From the NCBI RefSeq assembly GCF_036321535.1, contig NC_087436.1:41170001-41234000 (forward strand): a stretch of 64,000 nt of DNA. The letters run 5' to 3'. Numbering within the stretch: the first letter of the stretch is position 1; every line of letters begins with the position of its first letter. This document shows positions 53,301 through 64,000 of the stretch, in pieces. A program made the translations under genes and the position numbers. The DNA is from Camelus dromedarius (lineage: Eukaryota). The notes below the pieces were generated by a model. The model searched no databases. It saw only the letters and a list, made by a program, of their open reading frames with translations, and was not told where the DNA came from.

Positions 53301-54900
53301 ATAGAGACAATTGCTTTTCATAAAAGCTGTCAAGATAACTTAATGGAGAAAATAGCTATTTTCACAAATGATATTAGAACAATTGGATCTCTGTACATTT
53401 AAAAATGGATCTCAACTAATATCTCACTTAACACATATATATTACCTAAAATATGATCATTTATTTAAATGTAAAACTTAAAATGATACAAATTTCTAGG
53501 ATAAAACATGAAGTGTTTTCTGATCTTCAAATACGCAAAGATTTTTTAGATAATACACAAAATATAAGCTACATAAAACAGGTCGACATTTATCAAAATT
53601 AAAAGTGACATTGTAACAAAAAGCATTTTACACAATTTAACATACATTTATTTTAACAAAAATCTTAGAAAACAAGAAAGAGAGGACTATTCTCAACTGA
53701 TAATAGAGTACCTTAAAACACCATGCAGTTAACATCATACCTAATGGTGAAAGATAATGCTTTCCCCTCTGAGATCAGGATCAAGGCAGGGATTTATAAT
53801 ATACTCAAAACAAATGAAATATTAAGGTGTGAATCTAATAAAATACATACAAGATGCATTCTAAAACTATGAAACACTGATAGAAGTAATCTAGGAAGGT
53901 CTAAGTAAATGGAGAGACATGCTGTGTCCATGGATCAGAAGGTTACACTACAAAAAAATGTCAATTCTCCCTAAATTGACACAGATTAAAGATAATTTTT
54001 AAGGAAATCTTAGCAAGATTTTTGCAGATATAGACAAGATTGCTCTAAGTAAACAGGGAAAGACAAAGGAACTTGAACAGCTAATACAACTTTGAAAAAG
54101 AAGAACACAGTGGGAGGAACAAGTCTTCATGAATTGAAGACAGTGTATAGTAATCAGATTTTATTATTGGGGAAGAGATACACACATAGATTAATAAAAC
54201 AGAATAAAGAAGCCAGAAATAGTTCTACTCTAGTACAGTCAACTAACTTTGACCAAGGTGCAAAAGCAATCCAATAGATAGGGGATAGTATTTTCAACAA
54301 ATGGTGCTATATTAACTGAGTATCTATTGACTGAAAAAATAAATGTACCCTTACTTAAACCTCAAATCTTGTATTATAAAACTAAAAATGGTGTATAGAC
54401 TTAAATATAAAATATAAACATATAAAACTTTTAGAAGGTAACGTCACAAAAAAGCGTTAGAACCTAAGGTATGGTAAAAAGTTCTTAGCTATGACAACTA
54501 AAGAACTGTCCATAAAAGGAAATATATTCTAAATTCTACCACATCAAAATGAAACAGTTTTGTTCTTTAAAAGCCTATGTAAGAAGATGAAATGACAGGT
54601 ACAAATACTTGCAAACCAAAAATTTACAAAGGACTCATATCTAGAATATGTAAAGAAACATCAACCACAATTTTTAAAAAGAAAAATCCAATTTTACAGC
54701 CAGTTAAAAAAACAATTTATTAAGTATTCATGAGTTTAAACATACACTTCTGCCTTATGGTTAAAAAGATGTTATGTCTTAGCAATTATACATCTAGGTA
54801 TTTACCCGAGGTAGGGGGGAGAAGAGTTTATTCACTCAAAGTCATAGAAAATGTTCATGAATTTCTACTAGCTATAATTTTCTAAAACTGAAAATGACCA
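50380..54900 (+). mobile_element. Mosaic of several L1 ORF2 fragments of different ages
   Basis: 50860-51365 RT region (catgatcaagtgggatttattccagggatgcaa); 52200-53000 endonuclease region; 53020-53600 and 53610-54700 later ORF2. Confidence 0.8.
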
Positions 54901-54906
54901 AAATGG

Positions 54907-55136
54907 ATTTGCAGACACTAACTACTACACAGAAAATAGATAAACAACAAGTTCATGTTGTATAGCTCAGGGAACTATATTCAGTATCTTGTAGTAAGTT
55001 ATGGTGAAAAAGAATATGAAAATGAATATATGCATGCTCATGTATGATTGAAGCATTATGCTGTACACCAGAAATTTATACATTGTAAATTGACTATACT
55101 TCAATAAAAATATATGTGTATACAGAAAAAAAAAAT
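54907..55136 (+). mobile_element. Short young L1 3' tail
   Basis: Closely similar to 45432-45641; ends in an A run. Confidence 0.88.
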
Positions 55137-55147
55137 CCCAGTCATAC

Positions 55148-55226
55148 TGTTTTATATTGCCTACATGTTAAAATGATACTATTTTGGATATACTGGATTA
55201 AATAAAGTATATTATTAAAAATAATT
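55148..55226. mobile_element. MER3/MER33-like hAT fragment
   Basis: tacatgttaaaatgatactattttggatatactggattaaataaa. Confidence 0.55.
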
Positions 55227-55229
55227 ACA

Positions 55230-55570
55230 TAATCAAATAAACAGTGGATCTATATAATAAATATTAGCAATAAAAACAAATGAACTACGCAAAGCAAAAT
55301 AAGCCAGATACAAATGATAACATACTATACAAATCCATTTCTATGACGTTTTAGAATTATAATACTGTAGGGATAGAAATAAAATTAGTGGTCTCAGGGG
55401 CTGGGTGGTGAGAGGGAGGTGAATAACAGCTAGTGTGCATGAAGGATCTGTTTGCAGTGATAGAAACATTGTATATATTGATCGGTATCTGACTAAAGGA
55501 TTATATGTGTATTTGTCAAAACACATCCAAAGGTACTCCTAAAAAGACTGAATTTGTTCCTCAATCAAAT
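55230..55570 (+). mobile_element. Old L1 (L1ME-like) 3' UTR
   Basis: aagccagatacaaa..catacta..tccattt, attagtggt, tatttgtcaaaac. Confidence 0.65.
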
Positions 55571-56099
55571 ACCTCAAGAACATGATATAACGACAAAAGG
55601 TCTCAAACTTACAATATCTCAATTATTTGAACTCTTTCCAAAGCTCAGACAAGAAGAGTCTTTATAGTATATTGCCCGAAGGATATTTTGTCTAATTTTT
55701 TCTGGATGACACATAGATATTTACATATCTAAACTAAGTTTTAAACTCTTCAATTAATCTCTTTCTCTGTTTTGCATTTCTGATAATTTAAAACACACTT
55801 TGATAAACTTCAAAAGAGGCATTCTATAAATATCATGGGTTCTATTCAGTAAATAATACGTTTGCATCCATGGTTGCTATATTAAACAATGCCCTCCTTA
55901 TAAGGAATGTCTTCCTTCAGTACTACTCATTTTCCATGTGTCTAAAAACAGGTTTTGTGCTTAAGGGTGTATCGAGTACAAAGGGCAAGTAATGCTTCTT
56001 AAAAATATGTATAGTTTAGAAAGGAAGAATTAACACTCTTCTTGATCCCAGATAATATAAATATGTATGTGGAAATTCATAAGTGTTCTAGATGATGTT

Positions 56100-56600
56100 T
56101 TTCAACAATGGAGACAACAGGATTTCCTCAACTACAGTAGCTTTCCCATGCTTGCTACTCTTAGTCAAGAGGAAAAGTCTTTTTCACTCCTTCCATTGAA
56201 ATCTGATGGGCTTTTACTGCTGCTTCCATGAACGCAATTCAATAAAATGAGTAGAATGCAATCAAAGTGATGCTTTTGATTTTTCTGAAGCTAAATCTTT
56301 TAAAAGTAACATGCCTTCCACATTGCTCTCTCTTGTTATGCTAGTGCTTTGAACCTAGCCACCGTGGGAGAGAGTTCAGCCACATTTAGAACAACCATGT
56401 GTCTCACTAATGTCTTTAGCTAAGATCTCAACGGCCAAAATGGATCAACCAAAAATTAGACGTGTGTAAGCAAGACTTAAGATGATTCTAGTGACTAGCA
56501 TTTAAGTCACCCCAGATAATACTGAGAGGAACAGCAACAACCTACCATGCCCTTCAAAAACTGTAGACATACAAGCGAATTTTGACACTGTTTAACCAGA
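56100..56600 (+). mobile_element. MLT1 (MaLR) LTR, old subfamily (MLT1H-like)
   Basis: tagaatgc..aagtgatgct, gccttccac.ttgctctct, gatgattctag, ctgaggaacag-like and ctgtaga motifs. Confidence 0.6.
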
Positions 56601-56699
56601 ACACACAAAAAAATCTACAAGAAAGGTATTGAATCAAACAGGTAAATTTAATAATTTCACTAGATTCAAACGGAACATTAAAAATATTGGTTGCATTTT

Positions 56700-58020
56700 T
56701 CATGTTACTTTTATCTTGCTGCTTTTTTGAATTTTTCCCTAGTTTTGGTTTTTAACAGTATAATTATAATGTGTCTTGGTTGGGATCTCTTTCAGCTTAT
56801 CCTGCTTGGAGTTCACTGAACTTCTTGGCTGTATAGATTCATATATTTCATCAATTTGAGAAGTATTTTGCCATTCTTTCTTTCTTTTTTCTTCTTTGAT
56901 GGTATCAATTAGGTCTTTTAGGCTCTAGTCTTTTTTCTTCATTCTTTGTTCTTTATGAATCTCAGATTGGTCATTTCAATGGCTCTGTCACCAAATTCAT
57001 TCTTTCTTTTGCTTGCTTAAATCTGCTGTTCAATCTCACTAATGAATTTTATATTCCAGACATTGTACTTTTCAGTTCCAGAATTTCTATTTAGTTTCTT
57101 TTTTAGAATTTCTCTTTCTTGGCATTCTCTACCTGTTCAGGCATTATTGTTTTGATTGCCTATCATTATTTGTTCATGCTTTCCTTCAGCTCTTTGAGCA
57201 TATTTAAGACAGCTAATTTAAAGTCTTCTTCTTATCTGCCCAATGTCTGGACATCCTCAGGAAATTTTTGTTCTGTTGAATTTTGACTTTTTTTGGTAAA
57301 TGAGCTATACTTCTGTTTCTTTGTACAATTTGTAATTTTTTGTTGTTGAGAATCGGACATTTTGAGTGCTATGTGTGGTAAGTGTGGAATTCAAATTATT
57401 CTCCTTCCCTAGGAATTGATGATACTCTTGGTGGAAGCATTTTGTCATCCATTTGTTTAGTGAGTTTTCAAACTAGTTTTGCAAGAACTATATTCCTTGT
57501 TGTGTATGAGCACTGAAGTCTGTTCCATTATCTCCACAGTCAGCCAGTGACCTGACCAATTCCTTAAATGTCTGGTATCGATAATAAAAGTGAAAAAGAA
57601 AAAAGTGATCCTCTCTCTTTAAATACTTTAACAGATGCCTTTCAGGAAAGTCACTGACGCCTGAAGGAGTTGAAACAATGAACAGACTGTGTACCACCAG
57701 GTTGATCAAAATATACAAACATAATCCAGAATATAAAGGCCTTATTTCCCAGCTTATCACTAGCAGGCCACACCAAAATGTGGAACAGCATCTCCGCAGC
57801 TACCTACGTGGGGCTGGGAGAGTGGGTGTGTGATGGTAGCTGTAATGGGAAATACCATAATTCAGTGGAATATTCCAGCCTCTTTCCTCATCAAACTCTT
57901 CCGTGGAGACCAAAATTCAACTATACTCTAGAGTTCTGGAATAGTTAATTTGATATATCATGCCATTTCAATACTTATTTTTGATGAACAGATTGATTCC
58001 TGGAGCTTCTTACTTCACTA
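56700..58020 (-). mobile_element. Old L1 ORF1/5' region, antisense
   Basis: ataatgtgtcttggt, ttatcctgcttggagttcactga, ttcagttccagaatttctattt, ctctttgagcatatttaagacagc. Confidence 0.8.
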
Positions 58021-58329
58021 GAAGGGCCTAGGAGAGAGAGTATAATCTATCATCCTCTTTTTTTTAAAACATACCTTAGAGCCCCTGGTTCAGAAATACA
58101 CATACTTTGTATGCCAGATTCCAGAAGGAGGCAACCAAAATACAGTTTTCTCAGTTGTTAAGCTGTATTATATTTTTGCTTAGTGATAGAAGCAAAGCTT
58201 GTACAAATATAAAGTAATGAATTGTAATGATAATTATAAACACATACTGATGTCAGTGGTTATCTTTGGTTTAAGGAAATTGCACATGCTTGGGAAACAC
58301 AAGCTGCATTTTTAATAGGCTATTTATTA

Positions 58330-61300
58330 AAGACAAAGATACTGTTATATGATATTTAATTTAAAATTTTAAAGGATTTCTCAGGCACAGTTTCAGGTAG
58401 GCTTAGTTCTTACTTTCTCTTCTGTATGTCTATATCATAGATACACCACTTGCCATACTTCACTACTCCTCTACAGGATCAGGCTGAAGCTATCCTCTGA
58501 GATCATTCCATTGTTCAACTTACTCATTTTGCTTTCCTCCTATTACCACCACCTACTGTTTTTCAGTGATATCACATCCTTAAGAAGTCATTTGAGGGAA
58601 TCTGACATAAAAACACTGAAAATGGTTTAGAAAGTGAACATTAAGATTTTCTATTTTGATCAGTAGTTATCCAGATGACAACAGGAACCACATTTTTGAT
58701 GGTTAAGTAGAATGATGTTAGTTCCAGCACACTGTACTACAAATGATAAGACCTTAAGTGTGGTTAATTGGGATGTGAAGTAAGTAGTAGGAATGTTATT
58801 GATTTACACTCTTAGCATTTGAGGGATGTGAAGCATGCTAATCATAGGAACTGTGGAATTGAGTGGATGTGGGAAGAACAATGTTGTGTTGAGGAAAATG
58901 ACAGGTTCAACTAAACCATTATCCAAATTAAATGTGATAATCAGAAGACCTATATTTTCTGTTTCCAGAAGGCAGACTGCGTGAAGACCAGTTCTGGGAT
59001 TTGATTGTAAAAAGAGAAGAACTTCTGAAAGGTTAAAATCACAATTCACATGTTGGAAAAAATTCTACACTAAAGTTAGAGCCCCATTAGGAAAAAAGTA
59101 TGACCCTGAGTTTTGGGTTGTGGATATATCTTTTTGGTGTAAGATAGTGGGTCTGCTCAAAAGACTACTAATTTTTACATAATAAAAAAAATCATGTTAG
59201 GAGAAGCAGAAGGGTCATGTCAGCTGCCCCAAAGAAAAGTCAAAATCTTTCATTCATTTTCCATATCATAGCCAGTTCTAGACACAAAACACACTAATTA
59301 AAGAAGAGGTCAAATCCCTGGAGGAATCTGCAATGTCAAGGATAAGTTTAGCAACTGTTTCAGGTCTTCTCCAAACGACAATTTTTAGACTTCACATTGG
59401 TGCAATAGGGATTCTAAGATCTAGAGTCTGAGCTAACAGTGGACACTGTTAGAGTGGGGCATAGATTTTTTAAAAAATGGAATCCTGGTCCTGGATATCT
59501 TATAGTGGATCAAATAGGGGCATAAACACATGCAACATTAAATCTCTGTTTCTTAAAGGCATCACTGGATTTGAAATACCTAGCAGCTACCGACACCTTA
59601 CACTGGCTCTTTATCTTATGGAGTAAGAGCTGTCATGGTGGCAAAAGCAAAGTGGAGGAACATGAACCAGCCTACTTGCAGCCACAGCAAACACATACAA
59701 ATAGGAAATCAAGAAAAATACTGTGTCCTAGGAGGAGTAACAGAAATTAGATTAATGTAATTTTCTGATTATAGGATACAGAAATTATGGTCTCTCTTAT
59801 TCTTCAGTTTATTTAACAATACAGGCACCTATGTTGAAATACAGTTATATCATGTTATTGCACATAAAAAAAATTGTGTTGTGGGTGCCTTCCTAGAACA
59901 AATCAACATAGACTCTAGTAAAGTAATTGGTGTGATACTGCTAATCTCGAAGATTTTTTCCCCAGTACCCTCACCAAGGAGAATCAAACCAGTGTGCATT
60001 CTCCTAGAACTGACAATTTTTTTTCCATTGTGCTGTTACTGCATGGCTATGTTAACTCTCTCACTTTCTGTCACAATAAAATCTGAACAGAATTTAATTG
60101 TCTAGGCATTTTGTTGAGTGTTATTAAACCATTATATTGATGACATTATGTTAATTAAAAATAGGAGCTTAGATGTATTTCATATAACATTTTTTTCGTA
60201 AGACACAATATAGATGACAGAAATAAACCCTACAAAAAATGCAGGATCCTGTTACATTGATAAAGTTTGTATTGATCTGGTGGTCTAGGGAATGGTAGTC
60301 TATTTCCTCCAAGGTAAGGACAACCATTGAAACACTAACTTTCTAACACTAAGAAAGTGTGCCTAAGATTATTTTTGGACACTTTGGGTGTTTTAGGAAG
60401 AATATAATAACATGGGAATCCATATTCTGCCTCATTTATTGGTGGAAGGTTACGCTTCTTTTAAATCTGTCCAAGAAAGGGTTCTGTAGCAGACACTGCT
60501 AGAGTGGCACTGCCACGTTAACTATATGATCTAGTAAATTCTGAAGCAAGAAAGGAAACTATAAGAGGATCACAGAGTCTACTATAGGGAACTGCACATC
60601 AAATGACAATGTGACCAGAGTTATCATAGGGCTGGCTACTATCATAGTGGTGCATCTGAGCTCTCACTGGCCCTAACAATTCCAAGGAGACTTCAGATGA
60701 CCCAAATCCCACACCACCTACAACTGTTTCAGCTAATGTTCACCCTCAGTTTGCACTGATGGGAGTGTCTCTATAACTAGTTGAGAAAGTAGGAAAAAAA
60801 GTCTGGCTATTTTCCTAGTAAGTCAATTTTGTATGTTAGTACAAGCCCAAACTGGATTGTTACTATTCTACAGCTCCATTAAGGGACAACATCTAAAGAC
60901 AGTAGTAAGAAAAAGTACTCTGAATACAGAAAACGTTAGTGGTCATCTACTTGGTAGAGAGGGCAGTGACATAAGAGCAGTGGTTAATGATTTGTTTTTG
61001 TTCAAGGACTTGCATAAAGTTGGAAGCACTTTTAAGAATCCTTCTTAATGTCCTTTAACAAATGATTGACGAGATCAAAGTTATTTTATAATATACACAA
61101 TGTACCTACATTTTAGACAACTGTGAGCTATAACTTATATTGCATATATCCACTATGGGATGCAAATGAAACTACCCATTACAGAACTCTATCACATATC
61201 ACACCCTTGCTCTGTTTCTTCACATTCCTTGTTTTGTTTCCTCTAGTCTTAAACTGTTTTCTCCTGGGAACAGTTCCTTAATGGTTCAACTACACTGGGG

Positions 61301-61340
61301 TCATCTTTTTGGAATATTTTCTAAAATCTGAGCTTAACAT
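58330..61340 (+). mobile_element. Decayed, internally deleted ERVL provirus with LTR16-like ends
   Basis: RT catalytic motif HYIDDIMLI at 60130-60156, followed by EINPTK..QDP; leader/gag similar to 19633-20200; LTR-like remnants ending ~58614 and ~61340. Confidence 0.75.
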
Positions 61341-61349
61341 AATACCCAC

Positions 61350-63570
61350 TAAAGAAAAAACTGCTGAATTAGACAATCACGAACTTAAGAACTTTGGTTT
61401 ATAAGAAAAAATTACTGAAAGAATGAAAGGCAACAGGTTGGAAGAAGAAAATCACAACACATATATCAGACAAAAGACATTTGACAGAAAAAAATGAGAA
61501 TGCATTGTACAAATGAACAATAAGACAAGGGACATTATAAAAAATAGACAACAGACTTGAAAAGATGCTAGAAAAATGCCACCAAAATGGCCAATTAAAA
61601 TATGAAAAGGGAAAAGCAAATCAAAATCATATTGAGATATCACGTCAAACCTGTCAGAATGGCTATTGTGAAAAAGACAACAAATACCAAGTGTTGGTGA
61701 ATTTGTGGAAAAAAGGGAACCATTGTGCACTGTTGGTGGGAATGTAATTTGGTACAACACTATGGAAAACAGTATGGAAGTTCATTAAAAAACTAAAAAT
61801 AGAACTAGCATATGATCCAGCAATACCATTCCTGGGTATCTGAAGAAAACAGAAACACTAATTTGAAAAGACACATGCACTTCTATTTTCATTGCCTCAC
61901 TATTTACAATACACAACATATGGAAGCAATTCAAATGCCCATTGATACATTAGTGGATAAAGAAGATGTAGTATATACATACACTGGAATATTACTCAGC
62001 CATAAGAAAAGAATGAAATCTTACCATTTGTGACAACATGGATAGACCTAGTGAGTATTATGCTAAGTGAAATAAGTCAGACAGAGAAATACCAATACCA
62101 CTGATTTCACTAACGTAAAATTTAAAAAAGAAAACAAATGAGCAATATAACTAAACAGAAACAAAGTCACAGACACAGAATAAACAGGTGTTTGCCAGAG
62201 GGAAGAGGATGAGGAGGAAGTGAGAAATAGGTGAGGGAAAAATAAGAGGTACAAACTTTCAGTTACAAAATAAATGAGTCATGGCTATGAAATGTACTGT
62301 GTGGGGAATATAGTCAATAATATTGTAATATTTTTGTATGGTGGCAGATGGAAACTAGACTTATCACTGAGGTCATTTTAAAATGTATAGAAATATCAAA
62401 CCACTATGTCATGCACTTGGAACTAACATGGGTTGCAGGTCAAACATACAGACTCACAGAATAAGACTGACAAAAAAAAAAAAAAAACTCAAAGAACAAA
62501 CTCATGGAAAAAGATAAGATTTGTGGTCACCAGAGGTGAGGATGGAAGAAGGGATAAATGTGGTCAAAAGGTACAAACTTCCAGTTATAAGATATATAAG
62601 TCGAAGGGATATAACATACAACATAATTAACATAATTATAAGTGCTGTATGTTATATAATAAAGTTAAGAAAGTAAATCCTAAGAGTTCTCATAACAAGG
62701 AAAATATTTTTTCTTTTTTTTTAATTGATATGAGATGATGGATGTTCCCTAAAGTTATTGTGGTAATCATTTCACAGTACGTGTACATCAAATCACTAAG
62801 CTATAGAACTTAAACTTAGATAGTACTGTTTGTTAGTTATATCTCAGTAAAACTGGAAGAAAAAAACACAAAAAGGTACTCAGTATCTGCAGCATAATTC
62901 AAATAAATTTCACAATAAGATGCTACTGGATATTTACTATATTGCATTCTAAATGGAAAATTATGGAATATACCAAAGTTTTGCAAGAATATAGAAAATC
63001 ATGAACTTTTATACTCTTCAAATAAAATCAGTACATCTATTTGGAAACTTGGCAATATTTACTAAAGCAATACAGAAGTTCTGAAATAAATGAAATTGAG
63101 TGAGCCAAAAATGTTCAATCAAGCAAATTTATCCCAAGAAAGATTACCATATTAATTTTGTAATGTGTTGAGTTCAAAGGGAGAACTAAGTTACTGATAC
63201 TAACAGCACATAAGAAAAGAAAGAGCTATCGAATTTTAAATATTTTAAGGTACTAGGAAGGCATGTAGTAGAATATTAAGTTTTAAATCTTGTAAACTTA
63301 AATATAAATGGTAAACATTTCAAGAGAAATTATATAACTTTTATTCTTTCTGGTAGAGGAAATAAAAATAAAGCAAATCTTACAAAAAGTAAGTTCTCAT
63401 TCAATCTCAAAGACAGCAATAACAGGAAAAAATTGGATAAACACAATACCTGTATAATATTGAGCCTATGTATATAAAAATCACAATACTATAAATGAAA
63501 TAAACTCATAATTTAAAAGAGAGATAGAAACATTGTTTAAAATACAGATGGAATAGTTACAAAATATTAA
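61350..63570 (+). mobile_element. L1 cluster: younger L1 3' end (~61610-62866) nested among older L1 fragments
   Basis: cctgtcagaatggcta, catatgatccagcaatacca, bipartite 3' UTR ending atctcagtaaaactggaagaaaaaaa; older ORF2-like flanks. Confidence 0.82.
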
Positions 63571-63589
63571 AAGAAATCAGCACTAAATC

Positions 63590-64000
63590 AAGGAGGGCAA
63601 TCAGGATGGCAGAGGAGGAGGACATGGACTTAACTTCTACCCCAAAACATATCAAAAATATATCTACGTGTGGGACAATTTTCACAGAAAACTAACTAGA
63701 AACTGGCAGAAGAACTCTTATACAACCAAAGCTGCAAGAAAGATCTCCATGTAACAACATAGGATGGAAAAAAAAAAATATGTAGTCAGGACCTATGCCC
63801 CTCGGAGGGATCGGTAAGAAACAGAAGATCTGTATGGACAGACCCTCACCCTCACCCTGGAGAGCAAGCAGGCTGAGCCACAATCTGGGAATCCCAGTTC
63901 TGGGGTCCTGTGTGGAGGAGACAATGCCACTGGCTTGCTGGGCAATCTGCTGGGACAGACAAAAGGGCTGAGAAGCCTAAACTCTACTCTTGAGGACAGT
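63590..64000 (+). mobile_element. L1 5' UTR (element continues beyond the window)
   Basis: caggatggcagaggaggaggac start, atcaaaaata..tctac.tgtgg; homologous to 41690-41870; GC-richer. Confidence 0.85.

Overview
AT-rich, CpG-poor eutherian genomic DNA, most likely camelid (inferred from the sequence of the youngest L1 3' ends and the lack of recognisable Alu, B1, Bov-A/BovB, PRE-1, CHR or SINEC elements). I recognise no protein-coding gene, RNA gene or CRISPR array. The supplied ORFs are transposon-derived or chance. Roughly half or more of the window is decayed mobile DNA: many L1 fragments, including one near-full-length ancient L1 carrying two nested LTRs and a few young lineage-specific L1 ends; two decayed ERVL-type proviruses; an older ERV pol relic; ERV1-, MER41-, MLT- and LTR33/41-like solo LTRs; MER58, MER8, MIR and L2. 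Family names are from memory of consensus sequences, not from a search. The most notable structure is a composite junction at 27.65-28.63 kb: three telomeric hexamers, then a ~385 bp inverted copy of a decayed L1 segment lying ~4.5 kb upstream, then a different L1 fragment. It looks like a fossil double-strand-break repair event. Also notable are two MER41-like LTRs with STAT-type motifs and a strong + strand bias of L1s and LTRs, hinting at an intron of a long minus-strand transcript. I see no support for a wholly new biological system.
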